Shown: positions 8,951 to 19,000 of the stretch, in pieces | Numbering within the stretch: position 1 is the first letter of the stretch | Layout: every line of letters starts with the position of its first letter | Source: a virus | Lineage: Duplodnaviria; Caudoviricetes | Length of the DNA stretch: 64,000 nt | Direction: 5' to 3' (one strand) | Virus record (IMG/VR): IMGVR_UViG_3300033068_001989 | Location: 32,001 to 96,000 of that record | The notes under the pieces: generated by a model | Told to the model about the DNA's origin: nothing | Databases searched by the model: none | What the model saw: the letters and a program-made list of their open reading frames with translations, nothing else | Translations under genes and position numbers: made by a program

Positions 8951-11900
8951 TTATGGCTGAATATTGTATTCCAATTTATTATGTACTAATATTCCATTAG
9001 CATAATAGGTATGATTCCCCTCATTCATAATTATATTATAAACTCTCTGAAGTGAATGATTGTTATTATTCATAGAAAGTAGTATAACTTCATTTCCTTC
9101 AATATCCAATAATATATCGCCAACCTCCAATTTAGATACAACCATCTCATGATCCAGCATTGTTCTTTCCGGAGAGTATGATGACCATCCCTTATCTAAT
9201 ACCCAGAAAGGGTGCTCAGTAGTAACCTGTATTAATGTACCATTGGATAGTATAAAGTCTATAATATCGTCTTTTATAGGTGATTCTATATGAGTTACTA
9301 TACCCTCACCATATTCTGATGTTTCAGTGTTGTATGTTAATATTGAATCACCAGCAAATATTTCGTCTATAGTTTTAAGAGTACCATCAGACAATGTTAT
9401 CTCAGTATCACCAACAAAACAACAGCCACCACCAGATGATATTAATTGTGATTGAGTCTGACACACTATTTCATAGTTAAATCCGCTTTCTATTGTAACA
9501 GGATTTGAGAAATTATTAATTGTACCACTATCTAAGGTATTAGATCCGGAAAATAAAATGGTAGAGAGGCCAGTGGTCAATGATGTTCTAGATATTCCAA
9601 GATATGCATAAATACCCATATACGTTGAACTACTACCAGAAGAAACGGTAACATATATTTGGTCACCAACAGAATATGGAAGAGTACCAGAACCTGATGA
9701 TACCCTGTTGAGTATTCTGTTACTGATACTAATTCCATTTTTAAATATGCTACATGATCCAGTTTGATCCCTATTAAATACCCAGTTAACAGAAGCACTT
9801 TGGCTTGTATTTATTACTGGTGGTCCATCCACCGAATAAACACCATTAGCACCAAAGTCAACATATCCACTAACACCCTGACAATTCTTATAGAAAAGTC
9901 GGGGAACTATATTGGCTGTACTCGTTTTAGAAACCCACATAAGATCCACATATTGACATCCAGTAACACCAGTAGAAAAATCAATAAATGACGTCACAGC
10001 TGTGGGAAGCCCAGTATCAAATACAAGCCCACTTATATACCGAAGCTTAGGATCACTTCCTGGATCATTCAAGAAAACTCTATAATTTGTTGTTGTACCG
10101 TCAGTGTATACAGGTATGTAATCTGAGGATAGAGATGATGGTACCTTAAGATACACCCCACCAATAGCACCAGATCCCGAAAATATAGTATTTAAGAATC
10201 CACCAACATATGTAAATTTGTTATTGATACCATCAATTAGAATTTTTCTAACCAGACCTATAGGATACGTATAACCTGAATTTATTGTCCCAGGACTTAC
10301 TGTGTTATGATATATCGATGCAGTCGTATCTATTGTTCCATCAACAAATAATTTAACATATCCAGGTGTTGTTGTTCCCTTATATGTAGTAAATCTACCT
10401 CCAGCATATACGAAATCCCCGGTAATATCCGACGTAAATATGAAATCATTTACAATATCATTAAAGCCACTGCCAACCGAAAATGTACTATCAAATGAAA
10501 ATATGGTTCCAGTAGTGGAGAATCTTGCTATTCTGTTACTCGATATTGAATTTATAGCTGTAAATGATCCACCTATGTATATCATGAAATCATTTGGATT
10601 ATATTTTATTGCTGAAATAACAGGATCCGAACTAGAAAATAAGGTAAATGGCATATTGGAAAATCCACTATTAGCTGCTCTGTTTCCATTTGTCGAATTT
10701 ATTTCAATTACATTAAATGTTGGGAATGAGGTACTTGTTGAATTATTATATGTTGAAAATGTTCCACCTATAATAATATTATTCGTTACTGGTAAAATAT
10801 CTAGGCAATATGGAATATTAGAAGCACCAATGAAACCTTGTCCGGCAGTAGCTAGGAATGACCCTATACATTTTCCTCTATTCGTTCCTATACCGGTTAT
10901 CTTTATCACTTTATTTCTTGTATATGAAGCGGAAATATCCTGATATGAGCTAAAATTACCAACTGCGATTATGTTATTACTAGTATCGAGTATTGCTTTA
11001 TTAACACTAGAGCCAGAATTGAAACCGAAAAGCATATTGCTATTAAATGAAGTATCTATTACACCATCCAGATTCATTGATATAATTGACCATTTGCTGC
11101 TACTATGAGAAAATGAACCATATACAAATATTCTGCTAGTTGAATATATTCCGGTATCATATAACAGTATTCCATTAACAGATAATACTGTATTTAAAGT
11201 TATAGCGGAAATGTTAGTTCTAAAAGTTGTGTTCAGCGAGCCATCAGAATTAATTTTACATACTCCTAATACAGTAGTAAGAGAACCAGTTTTAACAGGT
11301 TGTTCGTTATAATATTTGAAGTTACCAACACATATTATGCTACCGTCTGATAACCTCACTGCATCATTAACAATAGCATTATATTGATCCAACCCAGTTA
11401 AATCCCTCTTAAAACCACTACCAAATACATTTAGAGCTGAAGAATAATTAAAATTAAGATCAACCTCACCAATCTTATAACTGTTTATAGAATCGCTCGT
11501 TGCACTTCCGTATGCAGTAGGTGTAGCAATTATATTATCATTTTCCCACGTTGTATTCGATGACAAATCAAATACATCAACAAGATTACTAGTTGTTGTG
11601 GTTAGATATGCTCTAGCACTCAAACTTGTTGTTGATTGCCTTATTTCTTTAACCTTTTTAACATGGTACGAAAAAGGTCCACCAGTTCCACCAGTAGCAC
11701 CTCCTGTTGATCCTATAATAGTCTGTGCAAAATTACCGCTGGAAGAAGATCCACTTGGTTTAGCCGACAGTACAGGATTTCCTGTATAATCATTGAATGT
11801 AAATGCAGTAGAATTCCCAGATAACAACTCAGCAGAAATACCATTTTGATACGAAGGAGACGATGGGTTAGAACTCAATATATAGGTCGAAGTTAAAGGT

Positions 11901-12790
11901 GATGTTATAGTTACACCTCCAAGATGATTTACGGATCCATTGGTTATAGTGAAATTAGTGGTTAATATATTTAAAAATCCACCAACACCAACAGTAATAT
12001 TACTGGAGAAACCAAAATCACCATCACCATGAACATTAAACCTACCAAGATTGCTTTTCATTGTACAATATTCGGAGGTTATAATAGTTCTAGCTAAATC
12101 ACTATCTATTAGGAAATCGAGATTTGTTGTAATATAGAAAGATCCACCACTATCAAACTTTAAATCCGGATTACTACCGACTGAATTCCAATAAAAAGAA
12201 GGGACGTCGCTCGATATTGCTCCGTTTTTGGAAAATGTCATTATGGGTCTATCGATCTGATCTAATGTTGACACTAGAACTTTCGAGTTATTTACATTTA
12301 CTGCTGATGATGGTAAGTATGAATCGTTTATAACTAGAGATGTATCGGAAGCTCCAGTTATACCACCTGGGTATTTAAACCCAATAACATATTTATCAAT
12401 AGCTCCACCTGGTCCAAGAATATTGGAATATGATTTAAAGTATTGAGAATTCAAAAATGTATAACCACTATCATTCCACGTATTACTAGGAATCGGGTAA
12501 TTAAAAACTCTTATATTCCCATCCGTTATTGAATTATCAATCCACACATCATTAGTATTTGGTGATAGTGGCTCTGTTGGTTGCTTATACCAATTTGAGG
12601 CTCTAATACCGGATTCACCGGTCGCTCCTCTTTTTCCCGCAGGTCCATATATACCAGTCGCTCCGATAGCTCCCTGATGCCCATCAGGTCCAACAGCAAA
12701 AGATAATATCTGATCAAAATTATAATTAATTTTTTCTACTATATCTTTTTTAGTGTCCCCCTTAAATATGTATTTAGTATTGAAATGCAT
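8951..12790 (-). CDS. tail fibre/adhesin: gp9/10-like N-terminus, short collagen stretch, delta-60-type beta-propeller repeats, C-terminal Hint domain
   Basis: GD...EKINYNF; G-X-Y run; repeats such as IICVGNF...KINSDGSLNTTF and IYIGGSFT...RIARF...FDSTF; CFVGDT...TTEHPFW...YYANGILVHN. Confidence 0.8.
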   Translation of the reverse strand: MHFNTKYIFKGDTKKDIVEKINYNFDQILSFAVGPDGHQGAIGATGIYGPAGKRGATGESGIRASNWYKQPTEPLSPNTNDVWIDNSITDGNIRVFNYPIPSNTWNDSGYTFLNSQYFKSYSNILGPGGAIDKYVIGFKYPGGITGASDTSLVINDSYLPSSAVNVNNSKVLVSTLDQIDRPIMTFSKNGAISSDVPSFYWNSVGSNPDLKFDSGGSFYITTNLDFLIDSDLARTIITSEYCTMKSNLGRFNVHGDGDFGFSSNITVGVGGFLNILTTNFTITNGSVNHLGGVTITSPLTSTYILSSNPSSPSYQNGISAELLSGNSTAFTFNDYTGNPVLSAKPSGSSSSGNFAQTIIGSTGGATGGTGGPFSYHVKKVKEIRQSTTSLSARAYLTTTTSNLVDVFDLSSNTTWENDNIIATPTAYGSATSDSINSYKIGEVDLNFNYSSALNVFGSGFKRDLTGLDQYNAIVNDAVRLSDGSIICVGNFKYYNEQPVKTGSLTTVLGVCKINSDGSLNTTFRTNISAITLNTVLSVNGILLYDTGIYSTSRIFVYGSFSHSSSKWSIISMNLDGVIDTSFNSNMLFGFNSGSSVNKAILDTSNNIIAVGNFSSYQDISASYTRNKVIKITGIGTNRGKCIGSFLATAGQGFIGASNIPYCLDILPVTNNIIIGGTFSTYNNSTSTSFPTFNVIEINSTNGNRAANSGFSNMPFTLFSSSDPVISAIKYNPNDFMIYIGGSFTAINSISSNRIARFSTTGTIFSFDSTFSVGSGFNDIVNDFIFTSDITGDFVYAGGRFTTYKGTTTPGYVKLFVDGTIDTTASIYHNTVSPGTINSGYTYPIGLVRKILIDGINNKFTYVGGFLNTIFSGSGAIGGVYLKVPSSLSSDYIPVYTDGTTTNYRVFLNDPGSDPKLRYISGLVFDTGLPTAVTSFIDFSTGVTGCQYVDLMWVSKTSTANIVPRLFYKNCQGVSGYVDFGANGVYSVDGPPVINTSQSASVNWVFNRDQTGSCSIFKNGISISNRILNRVSSGSGTLPYSVGDQIYVTVSSGSSSTYMGIYAYLGISRTSLTTGLSTILFSGSNTLDSGTINNFSNPVTIESGFNYEIVCQTQSQLISSGGGCCFVGDTEITLSDGTLKTIDEIFAGDSILTYNTETSEYGEGIVTHIESPIKDDIIDFILSNGTLIQVTTEHPFWVLDKGWSSYSPERTMLDHEMVVSKLEVGDILLDIEGNEVILLSMNNNNHSLQRVYNIIMNEGNHTYYANGILVHNKLEYNIQP
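8978..9421 (-). other. Hint (intein-like) auto-processing domain, 148 aa
   Basis: Block A CFVGDTEI, block B TTEHPFW, block F VYNI, block G HTYYANGILVHN; followed by K rather than C/S/T and an 8-aa tail; no homing endonuclease. Confidence 0.88.
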
Positions 12791-12798
12791 GTTTTATA

Positions 12799-14481
12799 TT
12801 AATTTGCTATTGAATTATAAGTTGATATAACACCGCATTGTGGTGTTGTTAATGTTCCACCCCAAGCCGAATAATAGACTCTGAACCATCTATTATTTTG
12901 TGAAGTTCCACCTGATCCTGTCATATTTATTATCGTTATATCGATTGTTGATGCATATCCGTTTAATATGACATCAGATTGATACCCAGAAATAACAGGT
13001 GGGGTTTGTTCATAATAGTCTGTATTTAAACCTATATATTTGAAACAGCTACCAGTAGCACCCGGATTGTCACTATGCACAGTAAAACTTATCGATTCAT
13101 AATTTTCCAGAAGATTCAGCCACCCACCATTTTCACTATTAAGATATCCTCCAGTTGCAGGAGTAAATATGGATATACCTCTATTTCCAGATGCTGCCGA
13201 TGGAGATTTTCCTATAATGTGATTTGTTCCATTATTGACATAATAGCATCCGTTAACAAACCCAGTTGTTGTTATCGATGGTATTACTGATACCCAATTA
13301 ACCACACCAATAGAGGTTGAACTACTTCCACTCTCAGTAAGACTTTGCGATACCTGTACTGATCTTACTATTTTATCACTATACGTTATACCGTCACCAG
13401 TAACAGTGAATAGCTGATAATAAGGGGAGCTTTGATAAAAATTCATTAATGTAGCATCACTAACTCCTGGCGAATTATAAATATATCTAAGATTTCCAGA
13501 ATTTGTATCACTAGAAATCAATTTTAGTGCATATTCTGTTTCAGTATTTAAGGTTTCTATATTTAAAGCTGTATTAAAATAGAATTTATTACTATTCCAT
13601 GATACATTTTTAGTTGAAAATAGAGCCTTACCAGATCCAAGATCGAAGATTACATTACCACTGGAAATAAATTTTGCGATCTGTGACGAGTTCGAGAAAT
13701 AATTAAATCCTTCACTGTTTATTAGGAAATTGCCAACATTTGATTTTATACTAAGATATCCATTTGAGCCAGTACCTCTTAGATTTACATTCAAACCTGC
13801 ATTTTTCCATAATAAGCCATAATCACCTCTTTCAGCGGTTGGCCCAGGATTCCAAAGAATTCTTGGGGTTCTACCAGTAAAATTTAGATCACTTGAATAT
13901 TCATATTTACTAAATTCTAATAGATTCTTATCGGCTATACTACTGTCGGTTGCTATTACGAACTTTGAATATTGTGGATTAACTGCTGCGTTTGGACTCG
14001 TTGCGGAAGCTCCGCTTGAAAGTGAGGCATCACTTATAACAACAGTATAATTTAGTGGTGTCTGTGATGATATAAAATATCCACTATATGAACTTGGACC
14101 ACTAAGAGTTGATAGTGGGCCGGAGACGTCAAATAAATCTGTTGATTTTATATTAAATCCATAGTATCCCCATCCGCCTGTTGCCGAAAATTGATAAACT
14201 AGATTTTCAGAATTTGTATCTAACCAGTAATCACCATTAATGGAGGATGAAGACGACGGTTGGCAAACACCAACTGTCCATTTAGTTCCTCTGTATCCTG
14301 AATCCCCATACGATCCAACAGGACCAGTCAGTCCTTTAGGTCCTATTGGACCTTTAGGTCCTCTCCTACCATAAGGTCCACCCTCAAAGCTAACCAATCT
14401 TCCAAAGTTATAATTTATCTTGTCAGTTAGATTTTTTTGAGAGTCACCGTCCTCTATTCTTAGTAATTTTATAAGAGCCAT
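12799..14481 (-). CDS. tail fibre paralog with collagen-like segment
   Basis: IEDGDSQKNLTDKINYNF, GPxGxxG repeats and RGTKW...GDYWLD; same architecture as its neighbours. Confidence 0.75.
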   Translation of the reverse strand: MALIKLLRIEDGDSQKNLTDKINYNFGRLVSFEGGPYGRRGPKGPIGPKGLTGPVGSYGDSGYRGTKWTVGVCQPSSSSSINGDYWLDTNSENLVYQFSATGGWGYYGFNIKSTDLFDVSGPLSTLSGPSSYSGYFISSQTPLNYTVVISDASLSSGASATSPNAAVNPQYSKFVIATDSSIADKNLLEFSKYEYSSDLNFTGRTPRILWNPGPTAERGDYGLLWKNAGLNVNLRGTGSNGYLSIKSNVGNFLINSEGFNYFSNSSQIAKFISSGNVIFDLGSGKALFSTKNVSWNSNKFYFNTALNIETLNTETEYALKLISSDTNSGNLRYIYNSPGVSDATLMNFYQSSPYYQLFTVTGDGITYSDKIVRSVQVSQSLTESGSSSTSIGVVNWVSVIPSITTTGFVNGCYYVNNGTNHIIGKSPSAASGNRGISIFTPATGGYLNSENGGWLNLLENYESISFTVHSDNPGATGSCFKYIGLNTDYYEQTPPVISGYQSDVILNGYASTIDITIINMTGSGGTSQNNRWFRVYYSAWGGTLTTPQCGVISTYNSIAN

Positions 14482-14505
14482 CTATATAGTTTAATTATCT
14501 TAGAC

Positions 14506-14513
14506 TATATATC
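14506..14513 (-). promoter_or_regulatory. putative late promoter GATATATA
   Basis: Motif 24 nt upstream of ATG 14481, overlapping the TGA stop of the upstream gene. Confidence 0.55.
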
Positions 14514-16041
14514 AAACCACAAAAGATCCTCCAGATCCTCCCGCAGTGGTGTATGCCTTATAATAAACTGTGGTATTTCCCCCTGTTACTCCCTTTGTTA
14601 TTGTAAAGTCAACTGAAACGGCAGGTGATGGAAGAGTTACCTTCAGTGATACCCCAGATGTTGTTCCAACTCCTATATACTTGAAGAGACTTTTGGATCC
14701 ACTTGGTAAATCTGGACTGCAATATACGCTTATATCTATTGATTGACCATTCTCAATTGAACCTGGTCCCCACCAAGAATATAACGGATCATTATAGAGC
14801 CCAATTCCTATAAAATCTCCAGGATCAGGTTCAACTGGTGTTACTATCACGGTATTACCATTCCTAATAACAGTAGATTGGATTGGTGCACCATTTCTTG
14901 ATATAAAATACCAATCCCCTGACATTGAACTAATCAGTGGTGACTGATAGCTCTGATATGTTACACCAGATCTTGTTTTTTTGGTTCTTATCTTTCCTTT
15001 TGTATTTATATAAAATTCCTTATCGCTTAAAGTTTCTAGTGAAACATTATAAACTGAATTTGATAATGTATTAAAGGTATCAGCGGTTCTTTCAGTTCTT
15101 AAACCAGCAGTTCCTCCTATTTTCAGTGAGATTGAAGGGACAGTTCCGGAAGGGCTACCATTCAATTCAATATTACTCTTGAATGAAGCATGTCCACCAG
15201 TAATACTTAAATTATCACTAAGAATGGAGAAAGTTCCTGACGGCGAGGTTGTAGATAATTGTATACCACCAGTAGCTGATATACCAGATCCTGATGTTAC
15301 ACCATAATTTATATCGACAATATTACCGGCTGATACTTCAAAAGATTGTGAATTTGAACTAAATCCACCGGATGCACCTATCAATAATGATCCATCCGGA
15401 ATATCAAACTTCAATGTATTATCTGTAGGAAGACTGCTTGCCCATGTCATTACAGGATGTTTAGCATAATCAACACCAATATTAAGATCACTCTTCATGA
15501 ATTCCAATATCGGAGATGGATTACCTGAGCTATCTGTTGAAATGAGAAATTTTGATAACTTTTCATTTATTATCCCCGACTGTGGAGATTTGTCAGATAT
15601 TATGAATGTATAATTCTCAGGAGTAATCTGATCTAATCTAACAGATACGCCGGTTCCACCATTTGTAAAATTCGATTCTATGTCGGAAAAAAGACTCCCA
15701 GATGCGGATAGATTGTATCCAGTATCTGTCCACCCGGAGGGACCAAATATATTTATTGTTCCATCATTGCTATCAACCCAATAATCTCCATATATCACTG
15801 AATCACCAGGTCCGGAAGGTAGTCCTCCTTGTATAAACCATCTGGTTCCTCTTTTACCTGGATTTCCAGTTGGACCTATTTGGCCATTAGATCCTATAGG
15901 TCCTCTATCCCCACTAGGTCCAGTTTCACCTACTGATCCACCATGATATTCAACAATCTCATCAAAATTATGGTTTATCTTATCTATGGAAAGATCCTGA
16001 CCATCGCTATAATTTATAAATTCTATATTAGTTATCGGCAT
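14512..16041 (-). CDS. tail fibre paralog with collagen-like segment
   Basis: SIDKINHNFD, GETGPSGDRGPIG... and RGTRW...GDYWVD. Confidence 0.75.
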   Translation of the reverse strand: MPITNIEFINYSDGQDLSIDKINHNFDEIVEYHGGSVGETGPSGDRGPIGSNGQIGPTGNPGKRGTRWFIQGGLPSGPGDSVIYGDYWVDSNDGTINIFGPSGWTDTGYNLSASGSLFSDIESNFTNGGTGVSVRLDQITPENYTFIISDKSPQSGIINEKLSKFLISTDSSGNPSPILEFMKSDLNIGVDYAKHPVMTWASSLPTDNTLKFDIPDGSLLIGASGGFSSNSQSFEVSAGNIVDINYGVTSGSGISATGGIQLSTTSPSGTFSILSDNLSITGGHASFKSNIELNGSPSGTVPSISLKIGGTAGLRTERTADTFNTLSNSVYNVSLETLSDKEFYINTKGKIRTKKTRSGVTYQSYQSPLISSMSGDWYFISRNGAPIQSTVIRNGNTVIVTPVEPDPGDFIGIGLYNDPLYSWWGPGSIENGQSIDISVYCSPDLPSGSKSLFKYIGVGTTSGVSLKVTLPSPAVSVDFTITKGVTGGNTTVYYKAYTTAGGSGGSFVV

Positions 16042-16043
16042 AA

Positions 16044-19000
16044 TTATATTTTAGTTATTCCTAAATTGAACAATAATGAATACTCGTAATTATTATCAAG
16101 ATTGTACTCAAATGTATATATTAGATTAGTTACTTTTGTTAATTTAAAGTCTGATTCGTTATAGTAGCCAAGCTGATATTTATCAGAAGTAACTAGATCA
16201 CCTCTAACAAGAGTAAAATTATTACTAGAATTTACATTCGACACAGCAGTCTTTTTGACATAAAGGTCCGTAATATCACTCATATAAAGAGGGGATACAT
16301 TATTTTTTACATATTCAGAAACATCATCATCTATTGAATCTGGGTTACCAACACCAAATTCTGATATTATATTATCTATAAAAACCTGTTTTATACCGTC
16401 ATTAAGAAGATATCTACTAAGGATTCTATCAAGTCTTATTATACCTCTAACTTTATTCACATCCGAAAAATATTGCCATACCAATTCAAGATTAGGAAAT
16501 AACCCAAGGTCCAATTTATCATAATCAACACCGGAATTATAAGGATCAGATCTTCCTATTCCACTACCAGAATTTGATGTATCTATATTCTGTATAGGTT
16601 TAAGGAATGAATTTATCTGTGAATTTATAACAGAGACATCGGATGTTCCATAAATGCTATTTCCCCTGATTACCTGCATAGTTATATAATTATCAAATTC
16701 AAGGAGATCCGGGGTTTTCATAATTTTAGAACCAAGGAATCCTTTATACTCTTTCATAGATCTAGTTCCCGCAACTTTATCATATACAAGGGGACCAGTA
16801 AATCTATAATAATAACCAGGATCCCACGAAGATGAGAATACATTAAAGTCCTTTCTCCATATAGGCGATTGGCCAACAAGTGGATAAACAGGACCCTCTG
16901 GTAAATTCTGACTTAGAGAAAGTATATTTTTATCAGGGGAAACCTTAGTGAACGATAGATTTCTTGATATTCCGAAATACCTCTTATCTGGTGAAAAGTT
17001 ACAATTTCTGAAAGATAAATCAAATAATGGATACTGAGATATAGAATCATTCTTATCTCTATCAAAATGTAATATTTTTCTAAATATTGGTTCATATCCT
17101 CCAGAATATCTAAGAAGTGTTGACGGAAGATCCAAATCACTATCTATTGTATAAGCAGTAGGAACAGATTCACCTAAAGTTTGCGGACCCCCATAATACT
17201 TATTAGATTTAGATCCTCTAGTTTTAACTATTTTAGAAGGTCTGTCCATATGTAGTTCAAAATCATTAAAAATCACTCCTGAATCGTTATATGTTTCATA
17301 TATGATATACTTTGAGCTAGAATTAACTCTATCAGAAATACCGGATAGTGATATTCTCTGTAAAATTGAGCTATAATAACTAGATCCACCAGATTTTTGG
17401 AAAACCGGTTTATTTCTATAAACAGACTGAGGACCAACTGGTACAACTACTGGATTAGCGGTAGAAAATGGTATATCGAAACTATATTCAGGTCTAGGTG
17501 AGAAATCAACTATCGTTCCTGCAGGAACTATTTTAGCAAAATCCAAATAATCAGGACCAACTCCTATAGGCCAAGGATATGTTACTAGAGAAGAAAATTG
17601 GTTCACATAGAAACTTCCAGAACCTGTTGCTGAAGGACCAGAAGTTGCACCACTTGAATTCTGACTAAAAAATGTATGTACCTCCTCTCTAAGATCTGTG
17701 TCATATAGAGAGCTCGATATTATTCCTATTTTTCCTCCTGTATTTGTATTAACCACTGATCCAGAACCAACAGAAAGATCCAATGCTGCACTTAATTTAA
17801 TATCAGATATCTCATAAAGGAAAGATCCATCAACTGCTGGATATCTCAATTTCTCCTTGTTATTAAGAGAATATAGCAGGGTATAATCCAATATAGGATC
17901 ACCACCAGTTCCTCCTGTATAACCAACCCCTAGAGATTTATAATCTCTCATCACAACATCGCAAACAAATAATATAAATCTTTGATTTTGATTTTCTATT
18001 ATTCTATATTTAACTGGTTCCTGTATATAAGAATCATCTTCAGCGATAGGTCTTAATATTGCAGCAAATTTATAATCCTCGTAATTTCTATATTTAGGTA
18101 TATACTTGTCTAGTGAGTTTTCGACGCTATTTGAGAGATTTGATCTTTTTTTAAGTACAACCTTAGCTCCTCTGAAAAGAGTCTCGTAGAAGCCACTAGA
18201 TTTGTTATACGAGAAGGTAGTAAACAATTCTTTGGTATATGCGGTATCGTCCCTAAATTCCGGACTATAATCGGAAGGTTCTACTGTAAAATATGATGCA
18301 AGATAATCTCCACTTGTATCTACAGCGGAAGATAAATCTATTTTTCCAGGAAGATAACTATTCTGGTCCTTCATTGATCCAATAGGAAAATCCCTAGGAG
18401 GTTGTTCCAGAAGAAACCATTCATGGGTAAGATATCTGGAATCAGAACTATTTTTATCGAAACTAGGGGAAAAGTTAGTAGGTGTGAATGCAGGACTTGA
18501 ATTTAACCTATATTGATTTCCTCTTGCATCTGTACCGTCAGTATATCCCCATTTATTTATAAATGGAACAATTCTAGAAACGTTTGCAACGTCAGCATTA
18601 TAATTCTCGTTTAGATATTCATATTCGGTTGATAGTTTACCCCTATTAAATATTTCTATTTTTGACGCATTAGCAGAAACAGGATCAGGAGACAAATCCT
18701 GGATTCCTATGAATCCATTAAATGTATCCAAATCGTTATTATAGCCTACTGGAAATTGTGAGGGTCCAGTTGTTCCGCCATATATGACATTAGGAAGCAT
18801 ACTGTAATAAATATCAGAATATTCAGCAGGCATAACAACAAGTTCCTTAAAAAGATCCGGTGTTGCGTTTTTTATAGACGTTGATCCGCTAACACCATAG
18901 AAAAGATTGGATGCTATTGCAACAGATCCGGATACCTGAGGGTATATAATTCCATTATATTCAACCTGGCCTTGCTTAACTATATACGGTACATTCTCAT

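Noticed and set aside
8978-9421. Mobile, splicing intein
   Set aside because: The +1 residue is Lys, the C-extein is only 8 aa, there is no homing endonuclease, and it is not in a conserved enzyme site; treated as an auto-processing Hint domain.
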